A DNA stretch of 64,000 nt, taken from positions 62,001 to 126,000 of the forward strand of contig OY986949.1 of the NCBI GenBank assembly GCA_963920595.1. The letters run 5' to 3'. Made by a program: the position numbers and the translations under genes. Positions 40,001-52,920 of the stretch are shown in pieces (within the stretch, counting starts at the first letter, position 1; each line of letters begins with the position of its first letter). The notes beneath the pieces are model-generated. The model was not told the origin of the DNA and searched no databases. It worked only from the letters and a program-made list of their open reading frames with translations. Source of the DNA: Eimeria praecox (Eukaryota).

Positions 40001-41254
40001 GCTCCCAGCCATCTTATATAAGCTGCATTTGAGCCTGGTTTGCCTACGCCTGGTCTCCTTTTCATCACCCCAGTTCCCACACACCACCAGCCGCTCTCAT
40101 CCATCCAACAGTTGACACCCCTCACAACCGTCGATCCTAGCCAAACCTATCATAAGCAAACGCCCACCCCTCATTGCGTGCTACGAGAACCGGCACCTCA
40201 CACATGCAATATCAGCGGCATCTTTGCGCTGCTAACACTCCAAGTACCCACCCTACACGACACCCATTCACGCAACCAAGCAAGCCACACTGTCCCTCAT
40301 CAACAGACAACCTCCTTGCTGGTGTCCAAGCCACTCACACACACTGACCACTGTTAAGAATCCGCAAGCCCTGTGCAGTTGTCCCCACAACCGTCAAGAT
40401 AGTCTAACCGCAGCAAGGCAGAACTTATCATCTCTCACTGATCGCATGCGGCCGACGCTCCATCCTGCACTGGCTTCTTGGCGCCCCCCTAAAAGAGCAT
40501 GTCAATGTGCAGCGAAATCCTCCTTGTTACATACTGCAACCTCTCACAACTCTTCTGCTCGCCATCGACTTATCAAAGCTCTGTTTGACGCCTGCCACAC
40601 TGCCCTCAATGCAACGCAGCCTAATCGTCCTCGCTTTCGCGTTCCATCACGGCGCCTCCAATGCTCACCCCCTGCGAGAGCTCAAGTATGCACGGTCTCG
40701 CCACATGCTTCGAAAAAGGAACCCCAAATGCCTAACGCAATTCCTCACCACTCATAACCATGCCGCGTTGCTTTCTCCACCCAGCCGCCCGTCAGCGGCC
40801 GCCTATCTTTCCTATGCACATCATGTACCTCGCCAACCCCTCAATAAGCATAAAATGCTGGCCTAGCGTATGCATCTGCCCGACTCCCAGCACGCTACCA
40901 GTCTCCATTGTGCATCCCCTGGAATAACGAACGTCTCTGCTAGGCACCGTGGACATGGGAAGCACAGGCCCCAAGCAGCCCACACATGAACGCCACAAGT
41001 AAAAGGCATTCAATATAGCTCCTTACTGCTCCTAGTCACTCAATCATCTAGGACACCCACGCCGCAATTTCATGACTGCCGCTGTGCCTGGGCGGTCAAT
41101 GAAAACACTCTTTCTGATTCATCAAGCAAATTCTATCGACCTAGCCACTTCCACCTAACCTTCTGGTGTTAAACACGCCAAGAGCCAAACCGGCTTCAGC
41201 GCATGCACTTCGTCATACAACGAAGGAGCACTCTGCTGATACGTTCACTGGCTC
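34018..41254 (+). repeat. Satellite array 3: five integrase-derived units (A,A,B,B,B)
   Basis: Unit ORF at 34432, 35847, 37262, 38651 and 40040 (periods 1415, 1415, 1389, 1389). Confidence 0.95.
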
Positions 41255-41268
41255 GTGAGTTTACACTA

Positions 41269-44099
41269 CACTTTTATTTTGCGCAGGTCCAACTGCGCGG
41301 AAGTTAAAGCCGTCATATGCGTTAGCCGCGTGTGCAATTTTTGTCTCACAGTAAAGACAAGGTTCCAGCGGCAAAGGGAAAATTCGATTTCTCTCTGGCC
41401 AGCATTGTATTCTTGCCAAACGCCCTCATCTGTCTTTGCTCTGGTAGCCTGCCAGTCTGTGTCAATATATCGGGAAAATAACTTTTTCGCCTTTGCGTTT
41501 GTACATGATGGTGGCAGTTAACATTTGCGTGCGAGCATTTACCTTCCCTTACCGCTGCTACCCAGATGCCGTTGTCTTCTCCCCTCAATCCCACACCAAC
41601 GGTTGCTGTCTTCTCCTTGGTTCGCACGTAACTTGTCACTGGCCGCATCGACGACAAACTGTGAAACCGACGAATGCATGCATTCCAGCGTTTGCAAGCT
41701 TGGCAGTTTCTACAACCGTCTCTGCACTACCCTTGAGTCTGCTAGAGGCTGTGTGTAGGGGCCACACGAGCCAATGAGTAAGCATCGGTGTCTAACACCC
41801 AACACGCAGCGCTGCCTTGCTTTTGTGGGGGTTCTTAAAACCCCGAAGGCACGATACGATATGCGACGCAGGAGCTTACGCGAAAAAGCTCCACATTGGC
41901 CTCGTTGTTGTAATTGCAAGCATTTGTAGGTGCTTTCAGTGCTCAGTGCGTCTCTTTTGGGCTCAATCGACATAACCCAAGAACCGCATTTGCATGTGCT
42001 TATCTGAACCCACCAAATGGCTAGGTAAACAGGAATGGCACGCGCGTGCTGGCATGCAGATATTCGCAGCGTTAGAGAGATGTACCAGCAATAGCTGCCA
42101 CACTAATCACTGAAATATGCAGGTTGGCGTTGGCCGGCCGGTACACACAAACTGGGCAGTGGTGATGCGATGGCGTAAGCGGGCCGGTTTTTTGAAAACG
42201 CCAAGGCTAGCAGACATCAAAATGGCTTAGAGCTAAATGCAGCAGCTACACAAATAACGAACATACTGCATGGGGCTTCGCTGCAGTTACACTGTCGTTC
42301 TAACCACAGCGTAAAGTACTTGTACGCCATCTGCGATCAACCTTACCACCATCACGATATTGCAATTTGTTCCGAGTCAAGCGGTTCTGTCATATGCCTC
42401 TAGTGTGCCAATCCAGCTAAGCCTTCTGATTAAAGCCAAACCATTTTTGAGCTCCTAAATAATAAACAAGCAATGCCTCATCTACAATTTAGCGCATTTC
42501 ATTCGACCATCCTGCGCTGCATGGGATACCTAAACGGCATTACCTGCGTTTTTGTTGCCAGCGCCATCTGCAGAATACTCCAGCAAGTACCGAATATCTC
42601 AGTGGTTTTTTGCTTGCCCAGGGATACAAAACAAAACTTTCCCTACATCATAACTGATGATGCCGAAGCCCTCATATAAAGGTATCTGTTATCATGGAAC
42701 CCTCGTGTCCAGACCTGTTCTTACTAACTGGATTCCCCGAGAGATAAGAGCAACTGCATCAATGTGGCTACGATTGGCTGATAGTCGGGGAAGGGCATAT
42801 TCTTATCCACATGTGCACTGCGGTTAATGGCGAACTCTGCGCTCCTTAACCCTTTCGTATGAATCCACATGATTCTTTTTCCAATGCGGCAGTTTGCCAC
42901 CAGTTCAGCGTTGGCGTGCGAGATTATTTTTAATTGTGACGCCACAAAGATACCTACCTGAACCAAAATACATACCAAAACACGTCTGCCATGACAAATG
43001 CGTTGTTCAGAATATGCTTTACAACGCAGGCACAGCATTTCATAGTCTAGTTTCAAAGCATTGCCTAGCCGTCTTCGAGATGAACAATCCTTCCACTATG
43101 TACTTCCACTGAGTAGCTACTCCTTCTTTACAAGGGCGTGTGACTCCTACTAGCGTCTTGTACAGCCAAACAGCGCGGCATGCGCGGTGAAAACACTTCA
43201 CTTGAAAGCCCAAACGCCAATCACTATGCCAGCGCTCTTTTCAAGCCTCAGATCGGGCGTGTTCGTCGTTACATACCAGAGCTTCCATCTACCTCAATTC
43301 TACTATACCACCATGGTTTTCCTCATTGTAAACCAAACCGTAAAGCAACCAGGGTCCACACAAGTCTTGCAGCACCGATTATACGGTCGTTGATACTGTC
43401 CTGGACGCCAATGCACTGCAGATCTCACGCCGCGCCAAGCGTTTCCAGCTTAAACTAGTGTCTTGCTCAGATATCTATAGAAGCAGTGCATTTATCTGCT
43501 CATCCAGCTTAGCCTAATGTCTTCACTGCGCGTAGCATAACGCCGGACTCACCTTTTCGATCCACCCCAAGCCAACGAGCCCACCACACCTACAAAAAAC
43601 TTGAAGCTGTGCATGCTGAACTGGCAGCCCCCAGGCCAGATAGAACCTTTCCTGTCGTGCCGTTCAAAGCAGACACTGAATATCTGAAAGGTAAATTTGG
43701 TGTGGCTATTACGACACTAGCGTTTCCAAGAACATCGGGATATGGCCTTCATGACGCGCGTGCCTACGATCACAGGAAACACGAGTGCAGCGTGCCTGAA
43801 CAACTGTGACGCCATAACATGACTCCGTTGCTGCGTGCGTGTTAATACCACACGCAGTGCCTCCTTCCCCTGGTCATCCAACCTTGCAAGCGAGCGTTTG
43901 GGTCTGGCTTGGAGCGAAATCTTAGCTAACAGCACCGCATTCTCAGCGCTTGATCCCCTAGGTCGCTTTTTTGGCGCCAAAGCATGCAGTGTAGGCGCAC
44001 ATTCTAAGAGACAAATAGCGCGTCACTTCGCCGCCCCAGCAATGATATACATGGTATCCCTTGCTGTGCACATAAGTCTGGTTTGCCATGAATTGCATC
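41269..44099 (+). mobile_element. pol relic R1, copy 3
   Basis: Duplicate of 4260-7090. Confidence 0.75.
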
Positions 44100-44108
44100 A
44101 TGGCTACA

Positions 44109-44383
44109 ACAGTGCTGCGCTCTCCACTGTGTATCATACAGCCTGCACCACGCACAAGCGATAATTGCATACCGCAAGGGTTTACACTATTGTTAAAAAA
44201 CAGTTACTTTGTGAGACCCTGACTGCCTTGGCAAAAAGTGCGACACGACGGCCTAAAGGGCATACTGTCGCTAAAGAGTGGATTATGGTGCGCTTTGCGA
44301 CTGAATGCCGCCTCCTTGAGTTGTGTAGTTAGGCTGTCAGCATCTACGTGCACGCACACGCACACACACAAACACACACACAC

Positions 44384-44433
<50 letters not shown>

Positions 44434-45365
44434 ACGAACAAGCACGCAGAGACACGCAGACACATCTAAACACGCAAACAAGTGAGTGTTGCGTTTCATA
44501 ATCACTATGCCGGCCCAGTGGTCGGGTCTCGGTATGAGCTGTTTGGATGTCAGGCATGTCAGGCCCTACAAAGGCAGACGCATAACTCAAAATCTGCTCA
44601 AGGCCTCACTTCAGCCTGCCGAAAGGGCACAAAAGGGAACCGCACAATCAACGAAGATGCTTCTCCAGGATCTAGGCCAGCCACGGGTAGTACGAAAGGC
44701 TCACAAAGGAGCGGCGTGATGGAGCGGGTTCGCCCCGCTGCAGCACCGGCAGGTTTGGTCCTAAACGAAATCAGTGCACCGATGGTAGCGCTTCTGCCAC
44801 CCTTCACAGAGCGGCAATATGCAGGCACTCACAGCTTTGACGCCCTACACAAAATGCCTTGACGTGGCAATGTGAACGTGTTCGTGAGGTCCCCGTGCAA
44901 CGTCCCCTCTCGCCAAGCACCATTATGCGGCAGGTGCAACCTAGCCGTATGCGTGCGGCCGCTTGGGACAGTGAATGCAAACAGGCAGCAGCCTCTTTGC
45001 GTCAGCGCCTATAAGGCTCCGCTGCTACTGGGGGCCACAGGCGGTGCGTATGCACCCACAAACTGAACAGCAGCGACAGTCAAGCTATTTCAGTCCTGTC
45101 TGAATAAAGTGGACGGCAGAGCACACTCGAACTCTGCAGTGCCACCGGTTGCCACCGGTCAGAATGGCAAAAGCCGCTTGCGCCTCTCTCAACGTCATCG
45201 CCTAAGCTATGCTCAAAGACGACACGAACAATCGTCGCCTGCAATACCACCTATGTTAGGTGTTGAATGCAACGTACCAACGCCGGTGGCGGTGCTGATT
45301 ATGGATTCTGCAACGTCTCTGCTGAGAAAGGTGTTCTGGAGAGGTTAGTGGTGCTGCACAGGAGA
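44109..45365 (-). pseudogene. Kinase-like paralog K-A, copy 3
   Basis: Duplicate of 7100-8330. Confidence 0.5.
44355..44431. repeat. Interrupted (CA)n microsatellite
   Basis: Same interruption pattern as copy 2. Confidence 0.95.
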
Positions 45366-45434
45366 AAGGGCATCATACGCTCTGCGCCAGAAGGACACGG
45401 CATTTGGCCTGGCGTGGAAATCATGCCAGTTCGT

Positions 45435-46025
45435 TTGCACACCTAGTTCTTTGAAAATTATCTGCTCTTCTGAACAACCAGGCTGGGCCGGCCCGTACCT
45501 CAAAACAATCCCGGGCATCCATTATGGCGTAGGGAATTGCCCTGCTTTGTTAGACAGTCTTTTGCATCTTCCACAAGCTGTCTAAACCGGTATACACACA
45601 CGGACGCAAACCCAACAACTTATAGGTCTTATGGGCCACCACCTTCCGGTTTTGAACTGGGTGCCTTCCAGTGCGTCGTTTGGGCGAATACCGCATTCGT
45701 ATTCTGCGCACCATCCCAAGCTAGCTCTGACAGCAACGTACCTGGAGAAAACAAAGCCTACAGCACCCGCATATCTCCATCTTTATACTCCAAAAGTACC
45801 CTATGAAACAGCAGGTTCACCGTTGCTGAACGACATCCAACGTCGTTGTTGAAGACACCCAGACAACCTGCCTCACAAACTATGTTCTTTCTTGAGAGCA
45901 CCTACTGGTAGTGCCACAGCATGTGCCAAATTAGGTGTCTAGCCTTCGGCTAGGCCGCAACCAACCAGCTGCAAGAGTCTATCATATATCTATGTATTTG
46001 CGTGGGGGCTGGAAGGCAAAAGCGC
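45435..46025 (+). mobile_element. Integrase/chromodomain relic R2, copy 3
   Basis: Duplicate of 8400-8990. Confidence 0.65.
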
Positions 46026-46225
46026 TTTTTGTCAAAGCCCTCAGCTCAATCTCCTCATTTCAGTGCTTCTGCAAGCGTCTGAAATACCGCATGGGACGCT
46101 GCACGATAAGCAGCACTCACCATGGCACACGCTTTGTGCCTTGGCTTGATGCGACGCCGCGGCACACAGCATCGCATCCCTGACACCTGGTGCCTAAGGA
46201 CTTCCAGTTGTTCTCGACGCAAACG

Positions 46226-47725
46226 CATGAAATATAAACGCACTCCCTAGGGGGCAGTGGCCGCGATGCGTCACTGGCGTAGCAATACCATGCAGGTATC
46301 GCTCACTGTAAACGTGGTTCTGGCTTGTCGTGTGTTGTCATGGAATGTCTCATGAAAACTGCAAATTGTGCTGGACGTTTTGACGCTGTCGTATAAATGA
46401 CGTAAGCATGCACCGTGTTGCTCTCCAGTTTAATCGGGGTAGGATGTCTGGTGAAGAATATGTACGCGCGTAGAAGATGTGACTACGGAATCTGGACTCC
46501 TTGCACCACAGCATAGTGTTCTGTCAAGACCACTTAGGCTGCTTAGGCCACTAGGCACCGTACACTCTGCGTCACAAACATAAAGCGAATCACATGCTCA
46601 AAGGGCTTGCCTCTTTGTAACAGGCCACTTATTTGTGAGACCCAGATCGCGCTGATATTAAATGCCGCACGGCAATCTAAACACCACAGCGATTCCTGCC
46701 GCTAAGCAGTGCAGTAGGGGGTCCTTCTCTGCTGATGTGCCCCCTCGCTGGCGTTAGTGGTTAGGCTGTGAGCTTCTCCATGCACACAAATGCACAGACA
46801 CACAAATACACACACAACGAGTAAGCGTCGAGTTTCAAGCTCATTATGTCTGCCCAGTACACGAGCCGTAATTGCCAAAGTGCTGGTGCCAGCTCCTCCA
46901 AATTCAAGCCTGGAGCTCCAAATCAACGCAAGACTTCACCTCAAATTGCTCATAGGACAGGAAAAGCAGCGCACAATCAACAAAGGTTTTCCTCGGCCTG
47001 GGCTGCCCGCCACAGGTAGCTGCAAATGTACACAAGCGTCATGCTTGGCGGAACTGCCTCCACTACCAACGGCTTCAGACGTCACCTCCTTCAACGCACA
47101 CGCCAAAGTTATGTCGGCCCACTTTGTTGAGGCCTCTAAACCACTTTTGTCTTTGATATCATCCATTCATTGTTGCCTCCTTAAATCTTGAGCCTTCCTT
47201 CACAAAACTGCAATAACTCGCTTCCGGCAGCTTTTTCAGCCTACGCGAAATGCCTTGGCGTGACCGTTTGCGTGTGTGTCGTCAGCTCCTCATGCAGCTT
47301 CCTCTCTTCCAAAGTGCCGCTGAGCATCACCGAGCAGCCTCGCCCTATGTGTGCAGTCGATTGGAACAGCAATGAATAGAAAGAAGCAGCAGCACCTTTT
47401 CTCCGGGGGCTATAATGCTCCCCTGTTACTGAAGACACGGGCATCCCGCAGGTGTCCACGAACGCTGACCAACCTAATTCAGTGCTGCATTAAAAGAAGT
47501 GGATGCCAACACTTGGTGCTGCTATACAAGCTTGTCGCCAGCTTGCTTTCGAAATAAGATTTTCATGCGCTGCCTCTCTCAACTTCATCACCTAGGCTAC
47601 TCTCAATTTTCGGCACGCAGCAACGGTGGCTTCAGCAATGCCGCAAGTTGCAAACTCTTGGGGAGGCACAGCCTCAGCCCTGAACCCTGCAGCAGTAGCC
47701 ACTGGTGCTGCAGCTCATTCAAATC
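46226..47725 (-). pseudogene. Kinase-like paralog K-B, copy 3
   Basis: Duplicate of 9191-10690. Confidence 0.5.
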
Positions 47726-48268
47726 CATGAAATGTAAGCGCACTCGCTAAAGGGTAATTGGTGGGTAGTGCCACTGTCACTGCAATACAGTACGCAGTAC
47801 CACTTACTGTAGAGCTGTAAAGTCGAGTCCAGCTATTCGTTAATCGCCTCTTGGCAAAAGCAAATTGTGCTGGAAGTTTCGATGCTGCCATCGAAGCTCT
47901 CAGCAACGCGAACAGGTAGCACGCTGCTCATTGGTATTACCAGCAAAGGATGCCCAGTGAAGAACATCTACGCGCGTAGAAGATGTGACTACGGAGTCTG
48001 GATTCCTCACACCAGAGCACTGGGCTCTGTGAAGGCCAACTGTGCTGCGCTCTCCACTTTGCATCGTACACGCTGCGCCAAGTACAAGCGACGGTTGCAC
48101 ACTGAAAGCGTTTACACAGCAAACAATTACTTTGTGAGACCCTGATTCCCTTGGCAGTAAATGTGAAACAACCGCGTACACTGCTGTTAAACAGTGGATT
48201 ATGGGTTGCTTTTTCGGATGAATGCCGCCTCTTTGAGTTGCGTAGTTAGGCTGTCAGCATCTACATGC

Positions 48269-48273
<5 letters not shown>

Positions 48274-48308
<35 letters not shown>
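48274..48308. repeat. (CA)n microsatellite
   Basis: Perfect CA run. Confidence 0.97.
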
Positions 48309-48310
<2 letters not shown>

Positions 48311-48748
48311 ACGAACAAACACGCAGAGACCTGCAGACACATCCAAACATGCAAACAAGTGAGTGTTGTGTCTCATAATCATTGTGCCGGCCCAGTGGTC
48401 GGGTCTCGGTAGCAGCTGCTTGGACGTCAGGCATGTCAGGCCCTGCAAAGGCAGACGCATAACTCCAAATCAGCGCACGGCGTCGCTTCAGCGTGCCGAA
48501 AGGCTACGAAACACCTCGCGCAATCAAAGAATGTGTTGCCCCATGGTATGCAATGCCCCTCTCATGACGTCGGAAAGGCTGAGAAGCCTCCTGGGTAGCG
48601 GATAAACTTCCAGCGTCTGCTTCTTTAGCCATCTTGCCTCTCAAAAATCATTAGATATGTGATGGCCACTACGGAGTCCGGCTGGCTTCTAGTGTCCATA
48701 CGAGAACGACTGCTCTCTTGCCAACAGATGGGCCTACATTCAAAAAGG

Positions 48749-48749
<1 letters not shown>

Positions 48750-48833
<84 letters not shown>
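48750..48833. repeat. (TA)42 microsatellite
   Basis: Perfect TA run, longer than in copies 1 and 2. Confidence 0.98.
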
Positions 48834-48836
<3 letters not shown>

Positions 48837-49410
48837 TGGGACGCCCTACGCCCTTTTGTGCACGTGTGGGCGCCTTTGTCAGCTCCACATGCAACTCCCA
48901 GTCACGCACAGAGCCATTAAGCAGCACATGCAACCTTGCCGTCTGCGCACGGTGCCTCAAATCAGATCTCAACAAGAGCGATTGTCGCTTTTGCGTGCGA
49001 GGCCTTTGTGCTACTGAAGCCAGACGCGTCGCGCATGCACGCACTAGCTAGAGGTCAAGCCAGCTATTTAAGGTTTGTATGTACGAAATGGATGGCAGAA
49101 CTTGCTGCGCCTCTATAATGTTGTTGCTGGCTCCTTTCGAGGACACAATTGGCTTGTGCCGCCTGCCTCAATGTCACTGCCGAAGCTATCCACAATGTTG
49201 GCCTGCACTGTGGCGGTCGTCAACTTTATACATTTTAAACGGTCAAAAGGCCCTTGGTGGTTGATACATCAGCTAAACAGCGAATCGAGATTCTAGCAGG
49301 AGCCCTGTGAGCATACCATACCTAGCTGCTCATCATTGCCTTTGTGTGCATTGGAGATAACCAACCCCATATTCCTGCCCAATTAAAACTACACAACTAA
49401 AACTACACAT

Positions 49411-50651
49411 GCACAATCCCTTTCTGCATACACCCTTTATTGAAAAAGGAATCCTGGTACACAGAGCCACAACTACGATACAAATTTGGTCTTGGGCAAG
49501 GGTAAAGCTCAGACGCCATCGCACTAGCCTGGGCGTCATTCGGCCCACCCAATGCAATGCGCACACGCTGAAGGCTTCCACGCCTTCTTTCCGTGAATGC
49601 CAAAACATTTCAGCATTCCGAGTGCACGACAGTCCAGAAAAAGATGTGCTACAGACGCTTCGTTGCGGTTTCTAGTGCCGTGTTCAAGCCTGCACAACTT
49701 GTAATGCGTGTCGCGCTATCTGTGGCGAATCGATGCGCGGTGTCAACACACGGTCACATGGAGCTGTGCAGGTCCGCACACGCGTCTTTGCAGTTTTCAT
49801 TGATCCTATGGACGGTGGAGGAAGCATAATCTCCAACCGCTAGTACTGCATCGCAAAGTAACCGGCAAACTTTAACCATTTCAAGCAAAAAAATGTGTAA
49901 GAACCCGTCCGCGCTGGCGTCGGACGCTCCAACGTTTTTGAAGCCTCGCATGTTTCATAGCCATCCCGTTAGCGCTTACGACTGGTGTAACTGACCTTGG
50001 CAATAATTAACCGACAGACCAGTGCATTCAATACCTGGCCCGCCGTGTTTGCGGTGAAGACTATTTGCTTTGCCTTCATTCCACTAGACTAAGCATTACA
50101 CTCACTTGCTTTAGAAAATACGAGCATAATGAAGCTTTCGTGAGGCATGTCAGTCCACAACAGCATCCGCTGCGCTTACACAATTGCGGCTTAGCTGCTT
50201 GTTAAGCGGCACAGGAACACCTTATATCGCATGCCGCGCTGTTTGCGACGGATATGTGCACAGCGTTGAAACGTGGCCCATCAAAGCCACGCATATCCCC
50301 GTAAAAGTCTTCGCACTTTCCAGTGGCCTTTGGCAAGGGAAAGACCGTCATCTCTTCAACCGCGTCTGCTGAAACGCGGAGCGTTCGGTAAATATTAAAT
50401 GTACCATCCCCGCCCACCAAAGATGATACCGTACACCCTGGCCCAAGAAAACACGCTGCTTTGTCCTGCGTATAGATCGCGCTCTGATTCCTCTAGATTG
50501 TATCCTCTGGGTGGTTCGTCTTGGCAGCTCTATAGCTGCCAAGACGAACCTACTCCTATGCAGCCCGGCCAGCGTTTTCACTATATCAAGCAATTCCAAA
50601 TTACCAGCCTGCCATCCTGCATCTTACGCCTTCCAACACACCCTTGAGGCA
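49411..50651 (+). mobile_element. Integrase/chromodomain relic R3, copy 3
   Basis: Duplicate of 12370-13610. Confidence 0.7.
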
Positions 50652-50810
50652 TTAACCACCATGCATCACTTGTTTGGTGGCCGAGATGGCAGTCGATCCT
50701 TCTTGGTCTGCAGATTAAAGCAGGAAGAGCGGGCTTTGAGTTGCTTCCTCGTGGCCAGATTTACACCTTCCGCACTTTCAGGCTCATTCATCAGTTCGCC
50801 CAGCTAAAGG

Positions 50811-52751
50811 GATGACTAAAGGAAGCCACAACCCAAACTATGAAGCCTCTATTCTACCTTCTAGGACTCCCCTCCGCACTAGCCAGTGGCGTCCAACTGG
50901 AGCTGCAAGAACCTGGAGCTACACGAACGCAAAAACACTCTTCCCCGGTGTCCACATCAGGTGCAAATTCAGCAGTAGATCCACTTCCAAGCGAAAAGAA
51001 CTCCGCAGGCTCATGCTGCCCATCCGTCACCCACTCAGTATCATTTCCACAAGGGCTGGGCTTGGATACATAGGCGAACACCTATCCATGTATAGTCCGG
51101 CTCTATACAGAGCGGTCATCTCTCTCACCTGGTGCTTCGCTGTGCGCTAATGGCGCATGCATGAAAACCACTTTGTGCGCGATAAGCATGCGGCCGACTG
51201 AGCGGCGATTCTGGGGCTCGCGCTCATTCCTCAAAAGCATGGTGTTGAACGCCCCTGATGTTGGATGCACACTATTTCACTGCTCATCCTTCTTTACGCA
51301 ATTGCATTACACTGACATGCAGTCGCGTATGAGTAGACAACCAGATTATGCACATATTGGTGCACCTATAAATAGCAGAAGCAGACTACAAACCCTGAAA
51401 CACTCCAGAAATCTCCTCAGCATGGAACTGGGCTTGTGGCAGCTCGGGCTAAGCAGCACGCAGCTTGCAGACGCTGATGCGGCTCCAAGCGTGCATAGCG
51501 TTGCACGACATTAATACCTGCGTAGCGCAAGCAGAGAAGCGTCAAGAGCTTCCTAGCTTCAGCAGGGGCTCCTGTGGCATCCAAAGGTTGGAGCATACCC
51601 AACGCATACGAGTTGAGCGAAATCCCACCCTTCACAAGCATGTGAGTTTTTGAAGGCACGCCACTGACAAACGCCACGTTCGCGCCATTTTTTCTACCCC
51701 GCAGAAGCAACAATCTCTGGCGAATGGAGACTAACCTGCTGTGGATTTCGTCGTCGTGCCTGCTCCTGCTGAAGCCTCTACTAAACATGTCACTCGGAGG
51801 CCTCCTACCGACCCACAAGCACGCCTTAAGGATTAAAGGTGGACTCGTTCTACAGACTTAATATACGCAACCTCTTCATTTTAGTTAAAAATGATGCTTG
51901 CCACAGTCCAGGAATGCAAATGCTTAGCAATCGCATGGCCGCTAAACGTAGAGCTGGCCTAGCAGCGAACGGTATCATTGTGGACTGTGTCCACCATAGA
52001 AGCAATAAAGCGCAGTTATCGCGCTCAGCCTCAACTGGAAGTGATGGGGGATTAATACAGCCCTACGTAGAGAAACTGGAAGTGCTATGGAGGCTGAATA
52101 TCGGATGATGGATTCACAACACACCGAGCAAGTCAGAGGCATGTAGCGTCCGGTATACGTGTGGGGGAGAAACGGCTGGCTGTGTCGAACTGTAGCAGTA
52201 AAGCAGCCACGATTGGGCGAAACCCGTTAGCACGCAGCGCCACGTGCGCAAACCCAAATAATCCAGAGTTCAGCTTTAGCAGTCGCTTCCCTCAACCTGA
52301 CTCCTCCATACAGGCCGAGTTGAATTGACGCTTACGCAATACCGTGCAGATCCGTTTGTATTGTGACGCCTTCTCTTGCTGTACACTTTGTGCTTAACGC
52401 TCATCAAGAAAAAAACAACGGCAGTTCCTGATTGGCTTCGCCCGTAGGAATCACGGCATAAAACATGAATGACCATAGGTTCTCCACTGTGCGCTGCTCA
52501 CCTCGAGGAATCTCGTGTTAGACACCCCGCGTTTTTCGGACAAAGCCGCGCCGCCGAACTGTCTTGAAGCCACTAGTACGTAATGCGTGGATAAAATTAT
52601 GCCTTTCCCATGCCTCAACTGGCATAGATTACCTACAATGCCAGTGTACGCCAGCCTTTAAAGCCGAAGGACCCTACGAGTCCGTGAGCCCCGTGAAAGG
52701 GGTAAAGCAGAACGCACGTTTTGCGTTGGTTTGCTCGGTTGCCACCTAAGG
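50811..52751 (+). mobile_element. pol relic R4, copy 3
   Basis: Duplicate of 13770-15710. Confidence 0.7.
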
Positions 52752-52920
52752 ATTGCCCTCGCATGTGCCATCGTATCTATAACCGGAGCCTCGGCCTACC
52801 AAAACACAGATGCCAGTGTTTTGTTGCTGGCGTGCATATTGAATATGCGTTTATTTTCACAAAGTAGCAAAGCCACATAAACGGCACCGAATGCAACAGC
52901 ATCATTAGATGTTCCCATCG

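Larger units (their letters stand above)
47726..49231 (-). pseudogene. Kinase-like paralog K-C, copy 3
   Basis: Duplicate of 10691-12190; here [21 protein letters not shown] has no stop (ORF 48625-49044). Confidence 0.5.

Noticed and set aside
1..41254. CRISPR-like or rDNA-like array
   Set aside because: Units are kilobase-sized with no short repeat/unique spacer structure, no cas genes and no recognisable rRNA sequence.
48625..49051. Poly-YI, poly-HT and poly-CV ORFs
   Set aside because: These are translations of (TA)n and (CA)n microsatellites.
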